Part shown: piece by piece, positions 59,844 to 64,000 of the stretch
How positions within the stretch are numbered: position 1 is the stretch's first letter
Layout: each line of letters opens with the position of its first letter
DNA from: Candidatus Falkowbacteria bacterium GW2011_GWF2_43_32
GTDB lineage: Bacteria > Patescibacteriota > Patescibacteriia > Patescibacteriales > UBA12465
Length of the DNA stretch: 64,000 nt
Direction: 5' to 3'
NCBI GenBank assembly: GCA_000999715.1
Contig: LCGL01000001.1
Coordinates: 323,139 to 387,138, forward strand
Notes under the pieces: generated by a model
What the model saw: the letters and a program-made list of their open reading frames with translations, nothing else
What the model was told of the DNA's origin: nothing
Database searches by the model: none
Program-made: the position numbers and the translations under genes

Positions 59844-60060
59844 CTCAAAATTTACTCTGGTAATAAAATTGAAGTCTCAAAGGTATTTAAGAGGCCTTAA
59901 ACCAGCCTCTTTTTTATTTAGAGCGGGTAAGGGGAATAGCGTGCTCGATTATTCGTCGTCGCTTCCGCTCCTCCTCATATCTCGCTCGCTACCTGTCCGA
60001 TTCCCGGCTCGACTCTTATAAAATAAAACAGCCCCTGACGAGGCCGTTTCATTTTATAAG

Positions 60061-60132
60061 AGCGGGTAAGGGGAATCGGACCCCTCTCATAAGGTTGGAA
60101 ACCTTAGGTAATAACCACTATACGATACCCGC
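60061..60132 (-). tRNA. tRNA-Gly(TCC)
   Basis: Cloverleaf, anticodon loop TTTCCAA, U73. Confidence 0.93.
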
Positions 60133-60194
60133 CTATTTTTAGTTAATTATTTCGGATTATGACTAATATTATAAAATTAAACCCCGAAAGTCAA

Positions 60195-61376
60195 TTATTT
60201 GCTGTCTTTTAAGGAGAAAGTGAAAGCGAGACCGCTTAACATGATAATGGCCACAAACAAGAAAAGATAATTTAAAGGCCAAAAGGATAGAATCAAAAAA
60301 GCGATTCCCGGGCCGAGAATGTAACTTAAGGGTACGGCCAAACGAAAAAGATTGATTTGATTGATATTTTCGGCATCTACTAATTTAAAAAAATAACTTT
60401 CGCGCATCGCCTCTATCAAAGAAGCACCGATACGACTGAAAAACAACAATAGCGTCCAAAGCCAAACCAGCGGTATGCTGAGATAGGAAAAAAGAAACAG
60501 TGCCACGATTAAAATAACAAAACCGACAGTCAAAATCTCTTTTTCTCCCAGGTATTTATCGGCGATGATGCCGGCGGGAATTTCAAAAATAATGAAAGGA
60601 ATCAGCATGATAGAAAACATCGGGCCCAAAACGCTCCAGCTCATGTTTAGATTTTGATGAAGATAAAGAGGAATATACACTACGGCCGAACTGTAAAATA
60701 ATTGCAGGAGCAAAGAAATAAAGAAAATGCCGCGTAAATTTTTGTTATGCCACATTTTTCGGATCACGACGCCGATTTTTTCTTGGCGATATTTATTTTT
60801 GTCTTTCAGGTTCTTTTTTTGATAAGCGAAAATCAGAAAAACGGGGATAACCAATGCGGCGGCAATTAAAAATGGCAACGAATAATCGCTATAACCGATC
60901 AAGGAAGTGGCCGCTACCGGTGCCAAGATCCAACCGAGATTGATAAAAGTGAAATAAACCGCCCGAGTGCGCCCGGTGGAAGCGTTGTCCGAGAAACTTT
61001 CTACGGCGATGTCCATATTTATCCAAAGCAAATTGACGCTGACGGTAAAGAGAATGATGGCCAGGAGAGCGGCCCAGGGCCCGGTGGAAACGGCTAGTCC
61101 CAGGAGAGCCAAAGCGTAAAAGACAAGAACTATTTTCGTTAAAGAATAATTGGTCAGTCGTTTGATAAGTTTCGGGAAAAACCAAATGGCTATGGCCGCC
61201 GCCAAATTGGCGGTCATGAAAAATAGGCTGACGGATTTGATGTTGACGAACTGGCCCAAAAAATTGGATTGAGTATAAGCGGGCAGAGCCGTGGAAACAG
61301 CCAGCAGACAGCCCAAAAGATACAGAATAGCCAGACGTCGTTGGTTTCGTTTTTTAGTTTTTTTTGTAGAAAACAT
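60195..61376 (-). CDS. MFS transporter
   Basis: 12 hydrophobic segments, G.IADKYLGEK motif. Confidence 0.85.
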   Translation of the reverse strand: MFSTKKTKKRNQRRLAILYLLGCLLAVSTALPAYTQSNFLGQFVNIKSVSLFFMTANLAAAIAIWFFPKLIKRLTNYSLTKIVLVFYALALLGLAVSTGPWAALLAIILFTVSVNLLWINMDIAVESFSDNASTGRTRAVYFTFINLGWILAPVAATSLIGYSDYSLPFLIAAALVIPVFLIFAYQKKNLKDKNKYRQEKIGVVIRKMWHNKNLRGIFFISLLLQLFYSSAVVYIPLYLHQNLNMSWSVLGPMFSIMLIPFIIFEIPAGIIADKYLGEKEILTVGFVILIVALFLFSYLSIPLVWLWTLLLFFSRIGASLIEAMRESYFFKLVDAENINQINLFRLAVPLSYILGPGIAFLILSFWPLNYLFLFVAIIMLSGLAFTFSLKDSK

Positions 61377-62172
61377 GAGGATTAAAAATTATGGCGACAG
61401 AAAAAATAATTATGGCCAAACTGATGATTTGCGGCCAGCGCAACCCAAGCCAAGAGGGCGTGGCGTCGATTCTGATAAATTCCAAAGAGAATCTTAATAT
61501 GGAATATAATATCATATAAAGAGCCGTTAACCAAACATAGCGGCGCTCGTTTAATTTTTGACGACGAATCAGATAAACGTTGGCCGCCAGCAAGATTGAG
61601 CCGATCGCCAAACAGCCGAGGCTTTCGTATAAAAAGGTGGGGTGGAAAAAACGATTGGCAATATATTCCGCCGGACGGTTAAGCGGATTGACGGGAATGC
61701 CCCAGGGAAGATTTGTGGGACGGCCGAATAATTCCTGGTTAAAATAATTTCCCCAGCGGCCGATGGCTTGAGCGAAGGCTAAGCCGGGAACAATCAGAGC
61801 GCTCAGTTTCCAGAAATTTATTTTTTGGCGACGGGAGAAAAAATAAATGATTAGCAAACCGGCGATGATGCCGCCGTGAATGGCCAGCCCGCCTTTCCAA
61901 ATCGCCAGAGTTTGCCAAGGATGCTGAAAGTAGTAGGGTAAATTTAAGCCGATGTCGTATAAGCGTGCGCCCAGCAGTCCGCCGATAATCAACCAAAAAG
62001 ACAAATCAAAAATCGTTTCTCTTCTTAGGTGATAATATTTGGCCAAATGGAAAGTTAACGATAAAGCGACTATCATGCCCAGGACAACAAAAAACCCGTA
62101 CCAGTAAACGGTTAGCGGGCCGAAAGAAAATAAAATCGGTTGGGGAGAAAAATAATGAAGAAAATTAAACAT
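61354..62172 (-). CDS. lgt: prolipoprotein diacylglyceryl transferase
   Basis: YWYG, GARL, GGLAIHGG, GRWGNYFNQELFG, HPTFLYES, RF.LEF.R; true start MFNFLH at 62172. Confidence 0.95.
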   Translation of the reverse strand: MFNFLHYFSPQPILFSFGPLTVYWYGFFVVLGMIVALSLTFHLAKYYHLRRETIFDLSFWLIIGGLLGARLYDIGLNLPYYFQHPWQTLAIWKGGLAIHGGIIAGLLIIYFFSRRQKINFWKLSALIVPGLAFAQAIGRWGNYFNQELFGRPTNLPWGIPVNPLNRPAEYIANRFFHPTFLYESLGCLAIGSILLAANVYLIRRQKLNERRYVWLTALYMILYSILRFSLEFIRIDATPSWLGLRWPQIISLAIIIFSVAIIFNPHVFYKKN

Positions 62173-62180
62173 AAATTCGG

Positions 62181-62262
62181 TGCGGACGGAGAGACTCGAA
62201 CTCTCAAGGGTTGCCCCGTTTGGTCCTAAGCCAAGTGCGTCTACCAATTTCGCCACGTCCGC
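62181..62262 (-). tRNA. tRNA-Leu(TAG)
   Basis: Cloverleaf with long variable arm, anticodon loop CTTAGGA. Confidence 0.95.
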
Positions 62263-62382
62263 CAAGCGACGCTCATCAAGCGTCCATTTTTATCTTAAAC
62301 AATTATTCTTATAAAGTAAAGTTTGTGTTATAATGAGAATGATTAAAATTGTTGTAATAAATTTTCATATTTTTATAAATTT

Positions 62383-64000
62383 ATGTCCAAGAATAAATTC
62401 ATTCAGTTTTTCAGCGAGCTCTCCATTAAAGATGTGCCGCGAGTCGGCGGAAAAAATGCTTCCCTGGGAGAAATGTACAGGCATCTGGCTAAATACGGGA
62501 TTAGAGTGCCTAACGGTTTTGCCACCACCGCCTATGCTTATGATCATTTTTTGGAAGCGACCGGCTTGAAGAAAAAAATCAAGGAAATTTTGACCGGCTT
62601 GAATACTCATGACGTTAACGATTTGGGAAAACGCGGTGCGGAAATCAGAAAATTAATCGTTGCCGCCAGTTTTCCGACGGATTTTACCAAAGAAATTACG
62701 ACAGCTTATAGAAAATTGTCGGCCGGTTATAAAGCTAAAAATGTGGACGTGGCCGTTCGTTCCAGCGCGACCGCCGAAGATTTGCCTGACGCTTCTTTCG
62801 CCGGACAGCAGGAAACTTTTTTAAATATCAGCGGCGAGAAAGACTTGTTGCTGGCCGTTAAAAAATGTATTGCCTCGCTGTTTACCAATCGCGCCATTTC
62901 TTATCGCGTCGACAAAAAATTCGATCATTTTTCCATCGCTCTTTCGGTGGGCGTTCAGAGAATGGTACGCGCCGATCTCGGTTCTTCCGGCGTCGCCTTT
63001 ACGATTGACACGGAGTCCGGTTTTAAAGACATCGTTTTAATCAATTCTATTTTCGGACTGGGCGAAAATATCGTTCAGGGGCACGTTAATCCGGACGAAT
63101 ATTATGTTTTTAAGCCGACCGGAAAAATTATTTCTAAAACTATCGCTAAAAAGCAGATTAAAATGGTTTATAATTCGCGCGGTCTGCGTCCGGTCAAAAA
63201 TATCGCCTTGTCGCCGGCTGAGCAAATAAAACCGGCTCTCAGCGATAAGCATGTTTTGCAATTGGCTCGCTGGGCGATGATTATCGAAAAGCATTATCGG
63301 AAACCGATGGATATTGAATTCGCCGTAGACGGGCGAACCAATGAATTATATATCATTCAAGCTCGTCCGGAGACGGTTCAGAGTATTAAAGACTGGAAAA
63401 TAATCGAGCGCTATCGCTTAATGAAAAAAGGAAAAATCATCGTTTCCGGTCAAAGCGTCGGCAGTAAGATCGGTGCCGGAACGGCCAATCGTATTATGGG
63501 CGTTAAAGATATCGACACGTTCAAGCCCGGTCAAGTGTTGGTCACCGATATGACGGATCCGGATTGGGAGCCGATTATGAAAATCGCTTCCGCCATTGTG
63601 GCCGATAAAGGCGGTCGGACCTGTCATGCCGCCATTGTTTCTCGCGAATTGGGGATTCCCTGCGTTGTCGGAACGCAAAATGCTTCCACGAAGATTAAAT
63701 CCGGTCGCGAGATTACCGTCAGTTGCGCCGAAGGGGACGAGGGAGAAGTTTATGAGGGCAAATTGCCGTTTAAAATAGAGAAGACCAACATTAAAAATTT
63801 TCCGCGGCCGCGAACCAAAATCATGATGAATGTCGCCGAGCCGGATTTGGCTTTGACCAATTCTTTTATTCCCAATGACGGCGTCGGGTTGGCGCGCCTG
63901 GAATTCATTATCAATAATTACATTAAGATTCATCCTTTAGCTTTGGTAAATTACAGCCGTTTGAAAGATCGCGCCGTCAAGAAACAGATTGATAAGCTGA
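62383..64000 (+). CDS. ppsA: phosphoenolpyruvate synthase (runs off window)
   Basis: Hand translation: VGGKNASLGEM, VAVRSSATAEDLPDASFAGQQET, QARPET, GGRTCHAAI, DGVGLARLEF. Confidence 0.95.
   Translation, partial: MSKNKFIQFFSELSIKDVPRVGGKNASLGEMYRHLAKYGIRVPNGFATTAYAYDHFLEATGLKKKIKEILTGLNTHDVNDLGKRGAEIRKLIVAASFPTDFTKEITTAYRKLSAGYKAKNVDVAVRSSATAEDLPDASFAGQQETFLNISGEKDLLLAVKKCIASLFTNRAISYRVDKKFDHFSIALSVGVQRMVRADLGSSGVAFTIDTESGFKDIVLINSIFGLGENIVQGHVNPDEYYVFKPTGKIISKTIAKKQIKMVYNSRGLRPVKNIALSPAEQIKPALSDKHVLQLARWAMIIEKHYRKPMDIEFAVDGRTNELYIIQARPETVQSIKDWKIIERYRLMKKGKIIVSGQSVGSKIGAGTANRIMGVKDIDTFKPGQVLVTDMTDPDWEPIMKIASAIVADKGGRTCHAAIVSRELGIPCVVGTQNASTKIKSGREITVSCAEGDEGEVYEGKLPFKIEKTNIKNFPRPRTKIMMNVAEPDLALTNSFIPNDGVGLARLEFIINNYIKIHPLALVNYSRLKDRAVKKQIDKL

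Noticed and set aside
62173..62265. N-terminal extension of Lgt in the ORF track
   Set aside because: It is read-through of the tRNA-Leu sequence; the protein-like sequence starts at 62172.

Overview
This window is the origin-of-replication region of a small-genome bacterium, most likely Patescibacteria/CPR (Parcubacteria-like). That placement is inferred from 16S variants (GGAATAGACGG, GTGCCAGCAGCAGCGG), a 16S gene with no linked 23S, tRNA-Ile(UAU) and gene content. Core genes: dnaA-dnaN with DnaA boxes, rpmH-rnpA-yidD-yidC, valS, pheS/pheT, topA-dprA-pth-der, trpS, infC-rpmI-rplT-secG, rnj, trxB, lgt, ppsA (partial), glgP (partial), and 11 tRNAs. The most unusual region is 4.3-6.8 kb, next to tRNA-His. 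It is a repeat-punctuated array of mini-cassettes (sigma70 promoter, cargo, terminator, ~45-bp repeat) whose cargoes are small peptides and structured non-coding RNAs. One of these RNAs (6013-6238, minus strand) joins a degenerate tRNA-like domain to a gap-free copy of the 23S rRNA L1-stalk (H76-H78) with compensatory changes. Four tRNA genes share a downstream module: hairpin, antisense T-arm, GC-rich spacer, then a duplicated tRNA 3' end. Also present are two more orphan structured-RNA candidates (40.1 kb, 48.8 kb) and a 4.5-kb sortase/ice-binding/collagen island bounded by 42-bp direct repeats. Short deletions in the 16S and a frameshift in the VanW-family gene are probably assembly artefacts. 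All calls come from reading the sequence by hand; no searches were run.
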